Assembly: GCA_012295275.1 (NCBI GenBank)
Contig: CM022668.1
Coordinates: 62,001 to 126,000 of the forward strand
Source: Chrysomallon squamiferum
Lineage: Eukaryota; Animalia; Mollusca
Length of the DNA: 64,000 nucleotides
Direction of reading: 5' to 3'
The translations under genes and the position numbers were made by a program. The notes under the pieces are model-generated. The model had not been told where the DNA came from. It ran no database searches and saw only the letters and a program-made list of their open reading frames with translations. Shown in pieces: positions 40,347 through 53,742 of this stretch. Positions within the stretch are counted from its first letter, which is position 1; the number at the start of each line of letters is the position of its first letter.

Positions 40347-41240
40347 GCTGTTGGTTTTTATGTTCTTGTTGTTTGTTTTGAGGTGTGGTTTTTTTTGTTG
40401 TTTTTTTGACTAATTAAAGTTTGAAAGAGAAACGCTCAAGTTTATGTGCAGTTTCTCATCTACATGATAAATAAAAATGAAATCATCCATTATGGGGTTC
40501 TGGATGGAAAAGAAATGAGCCAAATGCATGCAATGATGAGAACAGATTCTCTGAGGCATGCCCTAATCTGGCAACATTAACACTTTGTACTCCATGTTCC
40601 AACCTTCCAATACCAAAAAAAGAACTGCATGTGCTCCATATCCCAATTTATCAGTATATGTTTTCTACTCAAACAATGCTGCCAGTGACAATGTCAAAGA
40701 TTGCCATTATTACAGATATGTTTATCACACTGTTAGACCACATATGGCAGCTATTATAAAAATGGTTCAAATGCAAATGGTTAATCCTGATGTAACACTG
40801 TACATAAATGTTTAGACTCACTGTTTTGACAGTATGTAGTTTTGTTTTGTTTAGAACATTCACAGTTGTTTTTAACACCAGGACCCAGTGTGAAGTCTGA
40901 AAAAAAAGCATAAATATAATACAAAACGCTAACATACTTGCATAAAAACATGCATAAACATAAATTAACAAATATATATATATATATATATAAACTGTGT
41001 CTGTCTTTCTGTCTGTCTCTGTTGAGCATGTCTGTCTGTGTGTGTGTGTGTGTTTGCAAAAGGGAGATACATGAAAATACATTCACATATAATGATGATA
41101 CATATGGTTCATGATGATGATGGTGGTGATGATAAACATTATGATTATGATGATAATTATAAATAAATAAATAATGTTTTTGTATTCAGTGCCATCTAAC
41201 TATAAATTTATTTCTCCTTTCTTACACATACACATTACTA

Positions 41241-41271
<31 letters not shown>

Positions 41272-41746
41272 TTTTTTAATTTAATAACACATGTGAGCAT
41301 TAAACCATGATATCCCTGATAATAACAAATTATTTCCATACAGGAAACAACAACAACTACTACAACAATAATAATCACAGCTTCAATTTAATAACAAGAA
41401 TAACAATAAGAAAAAGCAGAATTATTAAGAACAGAAAAAATATTTGTTTCACGTGGTAAACACACTAAGACAGTAAGCTGCATCACTAGGTGGTCGTTCA
41501 AGTTTGTAGACATGGACACCCTCACAGTAGAAAACTTTTACTTTTACAGTTGAGTAACATTTGTTTATCTTGACAGCAATACATGCAGTGACTATTGCAT
41601 ACTGTCCAATTTTTCCCTCTTTTGGGATATCTAGATACAAAATTTAAAAATGCTGTTATATTTTTTGTTAAAAAAATGAAATTGAGTAATTAATTCTTTA
41701 TTACCTTTACTATGGTTCTATTATTTACTTAATTTAATTTATTAAT

Positions 41747-41785
<39 letters not shown>

Positions 41786-42240
41786 TTTTCATAGCAAACT
41801 ATTGTGTATTTTAAGTCAAGAGGATGAAATATAAGACAGACAGAGAGAGAGAGAGATAGAGATGGACAACAAAAAAGTGAAATAAATATCAGCACTCCAA
41901 ATGAAAAGCAACAATAAAGCAAAACCGTGTTATTCATTTCTTATTTCCTTCATCAATAAAAACATGTAACACATCATTTATTTTTCAATATCACTTACTT
42001 TGCTTATTTTTAATTTTTTTTAAATAATGCTATTTACCTTTAATCCACACTGGAAAATGTGTTCCACATTGTCGAGACTTAGCAGGTCTACTAAGAAGTG
42101 TAAAACCTTTTATTCCATAGTAAGTATCCACTGAGAGGTAAGCATCATTAAGAGGGTATTCAGTTCCATAGCGCCAGTTATTTTGTACTAGTCGTTTGCA
42201 TGTGTAAGTGAATGGTTTGTAAGTCTCACATGGATTTGCT

Positions 42241-42286
<46 letters not shown>

Positions 42287-43004
42287 GTTATTATACCATT
42301 TAATTTAATACTTATTGAATTAATTATGTGCAAATGGGCATATTGGCTTTCAATGGGTTAACCAACTGTAAGACGGAATATACAAATTACAGTTGCCAGA
42401 AAAAAAGTTAAAAGGTGTTAAGTAGTCAATTTCTTTAATGTAAATGTAAAATTAATGTAAAATTATTATAATATTGATGATTAATATTAATTCAACGAAA
42501 CAAACTGTTTCCTTTTAATTTACTTATTTATTTATTTATTTATTTCAGTTTTAAACAGTAATATACCACAAATAATTTCAAATGTACTATGTAGCACTCA
42601 TTAAATTTGATGTCTGCTTATTCAAAAATGAGAAAAGGTCCTTATATGGTTACAACAGTTTATCAAATATAATTTAAAAAAACACAGCTGTTAGAAACTT
42701 ATTTTTTATTTCATTTTTTATTTATTTATTTATTTTATTTTTTATTATATATATATCAAATAAGGATGTAAATAAAGAATATAAATAAATAGACTAAAAG
42801 ATTGACATATTGTGTCAATTCGTTAAGAGCCCGTTTCACTAATTCATCTTTAGCAGTAACAGCTGAAAATAAAATACGTCCTTAAAAATCCTTTTATTGA
42901 AGAAGAAGAAAAAAAAATAAAAAATACAACAACGTCGACGTACCTGCAGCACAAGAAATGATACAAGCTGAAAAGAAAAGGAAGTTATTACGTATGTGTA
43001 TCAT
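29997..43004 (-). CDS. Gene B: type-I membrane protein with 3x [D8C-like + half-EGF linker + EGF], TM and 534-aa Cys/His-motif cytoplasmic tail (about 1140 aa); paralog of gene A
   Basis: Exons (minus): 43004-42944 (signal peptide [20 protein letters not shown]), 42238-42038, 41630-41466, 40896-40822, 39993-39880, 39676-39482, 38595-38431, 37772-37704, 37195-37082, 36355-36158, 35072-34908, 33897-33799, 33261-33148, 32029-31948 (TM), 31602-29997. All junctions are GT-AG, phases are compatible, and the total is 3423 nt open. Exon sizes 165/114/82 nt are identical to gene A. Confidence 0.88.
32233..33108. mobile_element. pogo-family MITE in gene B intron
   Basis: TA|CCGTATATACTTGTGTACAAGGCGA ... 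TCGACTTATACACAAGTATATACGG|TA gives about 25-bp TIRs with a TA TSD. Internal repeats of GTATAAGTCGA are present. Confidence 0.9.
38755..39445. repeat. Long degenerate (TAG/TAA/GTA)n low-complexity tract
   Basis: About 690 bp of decayed trinucleotide repeat filling most of a gene B intron. Confidence 0.85.
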
Positions 43005-43564
43005 TATAATGCTGAACGTTTATTACCGGTACTGCCATACTACGTCATCAAAAGATGTATTGTTAATGCCGGAAGTAATCCATTTATGTAATGTTTTACA
43101 GTCATTATTCCTCAGTGATTGTTTATTTTATTTATTTATTTATTTTATTTTATTTTAATTTTATTATCTATTTATTTATTTATTATTTTATCATCATCAT
43201 CATCATTATTATTTACGTCATCATTATTAGGTTATCACTGAAAATTATTTATTTAGTTAGTTATTTAGTTAATAATTTATTTATTATTTAATATAAATAT
43301 AGAAAAATATGGTTTACAGCTACGTATTACATTAACTTTGCCATTCATTAATGTTTTAATAAGCTAAAGGAAACAACTCGTATAGCGTTTGTTTTTGTTC
43401 CTTTACGCGTCATTCCTTAATGATGGACATTTTTCAAATAACTGACTCCATTGTGTTTACGTTTAATCAGATAATGTGAGCTGAGAATTTTATTGATGTA
43501 GAACAGAAATGTATTTTACGTTGGTACAGGATTAATAATAATTTTTTGCCTTCAACTAGATTTA

Positions 43565-43698
43565 CAGTGGTACCTTAACTTACGTGTTTAATTCGTTCCA
43601 TGACCGAGCTCGTAACTCAAATGCGCTCGAATATCATACAATTTTCCCAATTGAAATATTAATCCGTTCCAGCCCACCAAAAACCATCCCAATTTTGG
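43565..43698. mobile_element. Tigger/pogo-derived element (copy 3, truncated)
   Basis: TA|CAGTGGTACCTTAACTTACGTGTTTAATTCGTTCCATGACCGAGCTCGTAACTCAA aligns with copies 1 and 2 for about 130 bp and then breaks off. Confidence 0.85.
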
Positions 43699-43918
43699 CA
43701 CGCAACTAATCAAAAGATTTGAAATTTCTAGTTTCTATGAATATCAATGGAAATAAGAAATGGTTAGAACATTTTAATAATGTAGTATTAATATAGCAAC
43801 ATCTATACTGAATCTTAAAATATACATCATCTATTTTTAAACTGCCAGCCTAATATTGGCCTTCAGCATTTTATAAAACTATTTTTATTATTTTACCTTT
43901 GTAATATGTATTTTATTA

Positions 43919-43965
<47 letters not shown>

Positions 43966-44560
43966 TCTTTTATTTATCTTTTTATTATTGTTTTATTATT
44001 TTTGGTTAATATTTCGATTTATTTATTTTTGTCCCTGCAATTGCTCTGTCGATGTAAAACTAACTGGGGATAGCTTCTGTTTGTTTTTAATTCGTATAAA
44101 CATAAAAGTTGGTCAGTAAAAATGCTTCAGAATATTGCTGTTTTAGAGAGCTCAATGGGAGAGAAACGAGGCCGTTTTTCAATACTGAGTTGCCTCCCTT
44201 GTCATATTCAAGACAGTTATCTGCTATGCATTGCCTAAAACTGGGTGGTCCACCTTTATCAGGTTCTGTCTTGGGTAACCCAACACTGGGTAAACATTCT
44301 TTCACAACTGGTATTATTTCCCTTGGAATATTAAAGATTGGGTAAGATATTTAAGTTACATTGTTTAACACTGGAGCATCTATCGAGTAATGTTAATTAT
44401 TTCAGTTTTATGTTAATATTAAAATATTTAATCTTTTTAACTGGAACAAAAGACAAAAACAAATTTGTTATATTTAAAGTGTCTTTATATATTAAATTAG
44501 TCAGAGAAAATATGTTTTATACAACCCAACACCTTTCAGGTACAGGCATAATTTGTTATG
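43699..44560 (-). mobile_element. Probable DNA transposon fragment (Chapaev/CMC-like, tentative)
   Basis: Begins with a CAC terminus exactly where the Tigger copy breaks. ORF 44087-44305 (ECLPSVGLPKTEPDKGGPPSFRQCIADNC...SLPLSSLKQQYSEAFLLTNFY) is protein-like and lacks clear splice context. The family assignment is from recollection only, and the right boundary is approximate. Confidence 0.35.
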
Positions 44561-44656
44561 TAAAATAATAATAATAGAGAGAGCTATGATTAATATATTT
44601 CTACCAAATAACTGTACACCTTTCATTCCAAGTTTATAGGCAATTATTATCATTAC

Positions 44657-44693
<37 letters not shown>

Positions 44694-46078
44694 AAATAAA
44701 AATGATTTGGACAAAATACAGTAACAAATAATCAGCTAGAGTAACAGCTGTCTAAAAAATAAAAATAATAAAAAGTTTTAAACTTACAATGCACAAATGT
44801 TAGAAGTGAAGCCAGAAACACACTTTTGTGGATAAAAGGAGGAAAGAAAAACTTTGTCATATTTGAAATTATACATCATAAATAAAAGAGAAATGAATTA
44901 AATATATCTTTAGACCAACTTTCACAAAAACTAAAAATATTTAGTTATACACTTTATTATTTGTAAAAATGAATCATCAGATTACTCTTAAAATCAAATG
45001 TTTTTTAATTTATATTACTTTTTATTCATTTATTTATTTTACTGTATTTATTATATTTATTTATTATAAATATCATTTAATTTTCTTCAAATATCATTCA
45101 AATAAATAAGCATAATAATACAAATCAGAATATAAGAATTTTATTACTGTAATAACAGGTTTAAAAATACATTTTTGCTTACATCTTTATTTTAAATGTA
45201 TCCTTTATCTTTTACACAATCCTCTTATTTATTATATAAAAAAGAAAAAAGACAAAGAAAAGAAAATAATAAGAGAAAAAAATTGTAATATATGATATCC
45301 TGAAAACCAATAATATAGGGCCAAGCAATAAACAGCAAAGCAAATGTGTATAACGGTTTCAATATAGTCACACAAACTCTATTTAAAAAATGGGTGGGAA
45401 CAAAAAAAAAAATTTAATTATAGAATTTTAGTACTAAAGAGCATATTTATAAGTTTGTTGACAGTTAACATTATGTACTTTTCTAAACAAAGGCCAAATT
45501 TTAAACTCTTATGACAATTTTCAGAAAACAATTATTAATGCCTTTTCTGTTCACTTCAGAAATTAAATCACTAAACTTTTCATATTTCATTTTCATTTCA
45601 GATTACTTAATTTTTAACTAAGGTGTTTACTATCTATTTTATAATGACAAAAAGTATTTCATCTTTGTCAAAGAAAAAAAAACTGAGTAAAAAAATTAAA
45701 ATAAAAACTGTTAACATTCATTAATTAATAATGTAGCAAAGATTTTACAAGGAAAGTCACAGCTGAATGTAGAAAAAATAAAATGTATGGCCTTTGTTTT
45801 AGGGCAGCAGAGTTTCAGGAGGAAAAAACAATAAAAAAGCAAGCAATGAATATAAATATATACGTTAGATTCATCATCTGCATATAAGACTATCTGAATA
45901 AATCTTGACCACTGTACATATTTACAAAGCATGTGTACACTCACTGTAATACTTTATGTATGTGCAAGGACAAGGAGTTTTATTTTTTATACTTTATTAA
46001 ATTAGTGAATGCTTTTGATAGGTAGGTGGACATAACAGGGTTTTTTATTATTATTATTATATTCATGTATTTGGGTAT

Positions 46079-46134
<56 letters not shown>

Positions 46135-46149
46135 GTTTATGTGTATATA

Positions 46150-46196
<47 letters not shown>

Positions 46197-46563
46197 TCAC
46201 TGCAATTTTGATACATTTATCTTTGTGACATATCTAAGGATGCAAGTATTGTATCTTACATAACAATTATTTTTATATAATTAATAAAACAAACTGAAAT
46301 TAAAAACACATTTTGTGTGTATGTGATGTGTGTGTGTGTGTGTGTGTGTGTAGTTAGGTTAGTGTATGCATGTTTTAATATTCAGTCAAGAAATACATAT
46401 ACTTTGTTCATGTTTCCAAACAGGGCTATATGTATACATATATATATATATATATATATATAAAACAGATGTACATATATCCATTTAAATGTCTGTTTGT
46501 TTACATTTTTGACTGTGTACATAATACACAATACTTTCACTTTACATAAATGTGTACATCAGC

Positions 46564-46616
<53 letters not shown>

Positions 46617-46924
46617 ACATTATAAGGTAATAACAATGAGTGTAGTACATGTAAACATAGAAAGGTATAAAATCAGAGTGAATCTTCACCCAACTGTACA
46701 CAACATTGAAAGGTAGCAAAAATAACTCTGTATTTCACACATATACAATTTATACAAGTTTTTATCTACAATTTTCTAATCATGTTAACATTTGTTAATT
46801 TTCCATTTATATACCATTTTCCATACAAACATTGTGAGATTGGGAAAATTTCATTTTTCTTGGCAATAGGTCTGAATTTCAAAAATCCAAGAACATTATT
46901 TTAAAAAGTAATATTAATAAAAAC

Positions 46925-46974
<50 letters not shown>

Positions 46975-48465
46975 ATTACATTGATGGATGAAAATTATAT
47001 TACATTAATGGGTCATAATTATTCTGTGATTAACAGAAGAAAAAATAGAAATAATTGTTAAATGGATGAGACTGAAAACAGAACAGTGTTTTAAATGTGT
47101 CCAAAACAAAAATAATAATAAAGTATAAAGTAAATTCTTACTAGGATGATTAGAGGATGGGGAGGAACTTTTAAAATTTAAACTATTAATATATGTATTA
47201 ACTGAAATATTCTCTTTAAAAACATGAGAGATGACATGCATTAAAAATGAGACATGTACTGACAAATAATTCTTTAAGTTTAAAATGTAATGAAAAGACA
47301 TGCTGATTTTTGGGGAGGATATTAGATAAACAAATATCTGACAAGCATCCTACAAACTCAACACAGAAACACCCACCCCCAAAAAGAAGTACAAAATTAA
47401 AAGTTAACAAAACATTTCAATATGTTTAAATTTATTGAATTTTCTTTTTAAATAGCATTCTGAACCCTCTGATTTCAAGCTAACAACATTTATTACTTAT
47501 ATAAATTAAAACTTTAAATTTTGTTGTTCGTTTTGAAATTTTATACAAAAATTATTAATAATATAAAATAAAATTAAAAAATTAAAAAAATGACTCAAAT
47601 GCAAATCACAATCACTATCTGAGAAAAAAAAATTCAATATATATAAACATAATATTGCCCCAAAGGTTCAAATTGAGGATTCATCCATTTACATCAAAAT
47701 ATTAATATAGTTTTGTTATTTCTTGAATATGTAAAAATTAGTTATTTGAAGATGATGAACAAAAATTTTGATAATACAGGCATCTTTAATTCAGTATGAA
47801 CTTTATTAAGAACAGCTACTAAAATGTATAACTGTGAATTAACAGCAATAAAGATTTTTTTTTTTTTTAAATTTAAAAAAAAAGTAACACTTTTTCAGAA
47901 ACAAAAAATAAAAAGATGCCAAATGAAAAAAAAATTAAAAGGAAAATAAAATAGGAAATTTATCCAAAAATGTTTTTTTTTTTTTTTTCTACCTTTATGA
48001 TCCAGTATTCATGTGTGCATGGATTAGTTTACACATTTTGGTGTGCATACATAAATGCCTATGTACTTTTGAAATCATGAATATTTATTTTTAATATAAA
48101 ATTATTAAAAACATTGTGATAAAAAAATAGCATACTGTTCTTGAACACAACATAAAAAAAATAATGATAATAAAAAAAATAAAATTTTTAGAAATGATAC
48201 ATTTAATGTTGTAAGTAAACATAAAAATGGTATTAAGCAATTACATTTGGAAACAAACAAATTAACAAATCTTAATAAAGATGATTAGTTGAGTTTCTTT
48301 CCTAAATTACCTTGTTGACCACTATTTAAACAATTCACTTATTATGAATGCAATCTAGTTTTAATCAGAAGGAAATGGAGGAAAATGTTTTACTCCACAA
48401 CTAACCATTAAATGTAGGATGTTAATCAACATAATTGTACCTGCCTAAGATCTTACTGGTTTAGT

Positions 48466-48518
<53 letters not shown>

Positions 48519-51500
48519 AACACTGTAATCCTCACATAAAACAGCAGTACATACACAAGTTAAGGCACACTTAATTCTTACAACATTTAATCAATTGTAT
48601 TTCAGTGCAGCACATTTCATAAAATTAATAATATCAGTAGTCTTTGCAATTAATTATCAATTCAGCTTGGGAAAGCAGATTCTGTCATATGTCAATGATT
48701 ATCAACAAAAAATTATAATAACAATGACAATAAATTATAATAATACCAATAAACAAATTTGTCAATAAATAAATAAATAAAAATTTTCAAAAATTAAAAT
48801 ATTGTGAAATAGATTATTCACAAAATGAAAATTAAAAAGCAAAACAGATTTTATTTTTTATTAATATTATTAAATTTAATAAATATGATTTTCTAATTTT
48901 GTATTTTCTAATTATTTTTATTTTTTAATTTAAAAAAAAGATAAAAAAACAAAAATAAATTTTCATCCTCATTCCATTCCAAAAAACCCAAAGAAGCCAA
49001 CAAATTAGATTTTAAAAATAATTAAAATTTAATCAAAGAAATTGTTCATCTAAACATAAGTTATCATTCTTAATTTATAAATTTCAAAAATCTTGGGGGA
49101 CAAGAAAAAGAAAGAAAAAAGAATTAAATATTCATATTCTTCCAAAGCTTAGCACTTTTCATCTACGCTTTATTCAATATACATATTTATATATCTATAT
49201 ATAGAGAGAGATATAGATATATAATATTCCTATTCATTTATATATTTATATAATCATTATATATATAAACTGATATTTGCTTCTGTAACAAATGTAACAA
49301 CTGTAACAAAATTAGTAGCTGCCAAAGAATTCTTAACAGTGTGAAAAATAATACATTTCTCCCTTTTTTAAATATCTAGCCAATTATCTAGTTATGTACT
49401 GTAAAACAAGTGCTATGTTTGATTCAACTTACTAAAATACTAAGTTATCAGAAGCTAAACTATTATCTTTAATAATAGTGATGAATATAAATTCTTTAAT
49501 GATTCTAGCAGTTTTGTTCCTTTAATGTTTTCATATATACACTTATACTTTTTTCTTTCTTAGAACATCAAATTAATTTCAGAAATCAGCACACTTTTAA
49601 TACACATGTATAAGTAATCCAGTTTCCTGTCATGATACTAAACATTTCTTTGACATTTCAACAAAAACTTAAACTACTAAAGAACCCTGATTACATTTTA
49701 TTCAGTCAGCTGTTGTAGAAAGAAAATGTTACCCAAATCTTGATATCAAATTATGTTTAATTTCATGAAATCTATTTGCCTTTAAAATGAAATTTATGAA
49801 TTTATTAAATGAAGACTAATTTAAATCACTGAATAAAATATGTGAAGGTTCTAAAATAATTTATTTTTTTTCTTAGTATGAGATGGTGTTCTCTTATCCT
49901 TTGTTTTTTCTCTGACAGCAAATTAAAATCAATATAAATTATATGTTAATATTATTATCAAATCTGCAGCAGCAATTAAATATATTTAGTATCAAAATAT
50001 TTTTTTAGCAATTTATAAAAATGAAGAAAATTTTAAATATTAAAGATATATTGAATAAAATTTATTATAAAAAGAATCCTATGGATCTGTTTTTCACCTT
50101 CAAGGCAAAATTTAATTCCCACTTCAGTAATTGTTTATTTTTTTCTTAATATTTTATTTTACATTTTAAATTGATTTTTGTTTTATTTTTTCATATCTTA
50201 TTTATTTTTTTTTTTTTTTAATATTTATCTTTTATTTTTTAAACATATGTAGTATGTAAATTCCTATCATAAAATCACTGACTTATTACATATGAATATA
50301 TAAAATACTGTGTGCCATTCATCAAATAATAATTTTTTAATTTTCTTTTTCTTTAAATTCATGGAAACATACAAAATTTTGACACATAACGAAAATAAAA
50401 AGATCAAAATTTTCGTAGTGTTACCATGATCCAACAATAAAGAACAATCTAAATCTCAGCATTATAACCACAGAAACAAAAGCAGACTGGCAGCATGTCA
50501 GAATTATAATACTGTAACCATAGGAACACATCTGATTGATATCTGACAATAACTTCAATTTCAGAATGGCAACATATCACATAACATTTATTTTTATTTC
50601 ACTTTTTAAAAATCAGTTTTGAAATGAATCTCAACTGACAACGCATTAAACAAACAACTAACTGTTACTTTTCAACAGGAAAACATGAAAGAGTATCTTG
50701 ATTAAGGTATATGGACCCCTATAATATATACCTAATTTCAGAACAATTATTATATATACTGTTAAGTGGATTAATTTGTTTGTTTCATTTGATTGATAAC
50801 GCTATACTTTAGGGAAGTGAATTTATTCAAATCGATTTATTACAATATTAAGGCCAGATAAACAACGTTCCAGCATTTTGATCATTAAACTTTGCTTTTT
50901 TAATTATTTCACTTCACATTAAGCTGTACTGAACTTAATTATTGACTGCCTACGGAAAGAGTTCATTTTATATTATTCTTGATTTCTTTTATTTTTTATT
51001 TATTTACACACAAACACACATATATACATATACACTAAACTATTTTCTATCCTTTCATAACTAAATATTTCACTTTAAAAATGATTATCTATCCTGATCG
51101 TAACCTCTTCAGAGAGCATGTAAATTTTTCAAACAAATCAGTTAACAGAAGAAAAAAAATTTGTTACTAACAAAGAAAAATTATTATTATTAATAAAATT
51201 TAAGCATATTCTCCTTACCATTCTAAAATTTCCCCATGCAAAAAACAAAAAAAAAACAAAGAAGGAATACAAAAAAAAAAATTAATAGGGAAAAAAATGT
51301 AAGAAAATGACACAAAGTTATTAATTTAACAAGTGGTGAGTGAAATCACGGTACTAAGTCATGTGATCTATCACAACCAATGAGAACACACACTGAGGTA
51401 TTGAGCAGGCCATTTTGTTTTTGTAGACGTAAGTAAATTCCTCCAGTACTCTAAGAACACCACCTTACTGCACAAAGAAAAAGGATATGACTGGTTAGGG

Positions 51501-51637
51501 GATGAAACCACAGCAGTTGAAAAAAGATATTGAAAAAAATTATCTTCATCCAAGTCACAAGACATTCACACAGTTTTGTATTAAAATTTGCATAAAACAA
51601 ACTTAAAAAAAACAATCAAAGAATATTGACACTATCG

Positions 51638-52906
51638 CTATGAGGGTGTCTCTGTTGGGCTGTCCCTGTTGTTTTTGAGCACTGTGTACACATCGTCAAC
51701 ACGTGACAAACATTCAAACAGTGGCAGAAGTTCTAACAGCTCTTTATCCGACATGTCATCAAACCATGATGACACTGGCACCTGGAAAACAGAAATAACA
51801 ACAGTGATGATGACAATGATGAAATATCATGATCATCATAAACAATAAAACTGAAAAACAAATTATTGATAATGATGAATCTGATAATGATAGTGTTAAC
51901 AATAATAAGAAACAGAAAAAGTGTAGTAATAACAGTATTGCTTTTACTGCAATTACTACTACTACAACTATTATTATTACCAGTATTTCTATTACTACTA
52001 TTACTACTACTACTGCTATAATTATTATTAACAACAATAATATATAACAATCAATAATACAAATACTATTATTATTACATCAAAAATGTTTAAATTTATG
52101 CAATCAAATATTTTGAACAATAAAGAATGAATATTTTTCTGTCAACACTAAACTTATTTTCATATTTATAGTTTTCAGATTTCAAATACATAAAATCTGA
52201 AATAACAGGATAAGGAAGAAAACCATGTTGTGAAAGAGAGGCAACCTTTTACCAAATAATAGCTTAAATAACCTACTCTCCCATAGAAAGGCAACAAGAA
52301 AGGACTGATCGTGTTGGCTGTCAAACATTAACTTTTGCATAATAGACTGTATATAATGTGCTAAAATATTTTACTTACTGCATTGTCTGGATGGAAGATG
52401 TAGGAAGCAGGGGAATTGTCCACTATAACAACTTGGTCTAAACACCGACCCAGTCGACTCAGATCCTAAATGAATTATATACATAAGTAATATACATATA
52501 TATATATATATATATACACACATGAAAAGCTTAGTTTATCTAATTACCCTACATAACAATTTAGTTCATCAATCCAGTCTGCAACATTCTAATTTAATTA
52601 TATAAACTAACTAAACAAGGTTTTGTGTATGTACACACACACACACACACACTAAAAACAAGATCTAAATATTAATCTGATCAGCTAAATTATAAATTAA
52701 TTATCAGGAATATCTAATAAAAAGTGGAACTGTTCAAGACAACCATACAAGCTTACTGAATGTTCTGCTTATTTTTAACATGTTCACAATAACGTGTATT
52801 CTTTTAATTTTTTTCCTTTTAAACTGCCTCAGTTACAGACTATACTCAGTCTCTGTAGACATACATTTACTGACTATACTGTATATATTACCATGATGGC
52901 ATTTAT

Positions 52907-52937
<31 letters not shown>

Positions 52938-53703
52938 ATGTAAGTATATTGTGAGTATATATATTAATAATATATGTAGAAAAAAAAGATGTGTCTGATA
53001 TGATCTAAAACAAGTACAGAGTTAAGTGTTCTGTAAATAGTTATAAAGAAAGATTATTACTATCAGTAATAGATATAAAAATGTATTTATTATGAAAATG
53101 TCAATAAAAAATAAGCTGTTTATTAAATGTAAAAGAAAATGTTCTCTAAAATGTTCTCTAAGAGTACTGTTACAAAAGTTGTGAGTGTGTTATGTACCTT
53201 GACATAGTTTCCCCTATGAAAGACACATGATTCTCTGAAAAGGCGGCATTTAAAGACACCCCATTTGTCCAGCAAATCTGCTACAGGGTCTGCATACTGT
53301 AAAACAAGGATTTAAACAGTTGTCACCCATTACACCAATTGATCCCTTTCAAATGTCTTTGTTTATTTATTTTTTATATATATATAAATTTATCTAAATA
53401 TGTATAATGTTCTTAAAACTTAAGAAAATACAATTAATCGATATCAAAGACTTTGCAGATCAGCAGTGATGTGAAATATTAAAGAGTTATTTCCCTCTTT
53501 AAATAAGAGTTATTTTTCTTGATGGAGATTAAATCCAGTACTAACATTTCTGCTATTGTTTTACTTTGCTTTTCAACAGATGATGAAGTTCCTGAGCAAC
53601 GAATATTTTCATTTCTTCACACACATTAATTTATTTATCATAACCAATGAGTTATAAATTTCTTATTTATTTTCTACTCAGATTTTCTCATAAAATATTT
53701 AAC

Positions 53704-53742
<39 letters not shown>

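Noticed and set aside
42806-42862. Possible extra mini-exon in gene B ([19 protein letters not shown]) after the signal exon
   Set aside because: It has a good acceptor and looks protein-like, but I found no phase-1 GT donor to join it to exon 42238. It is left out of the model and needs RNA-seq.
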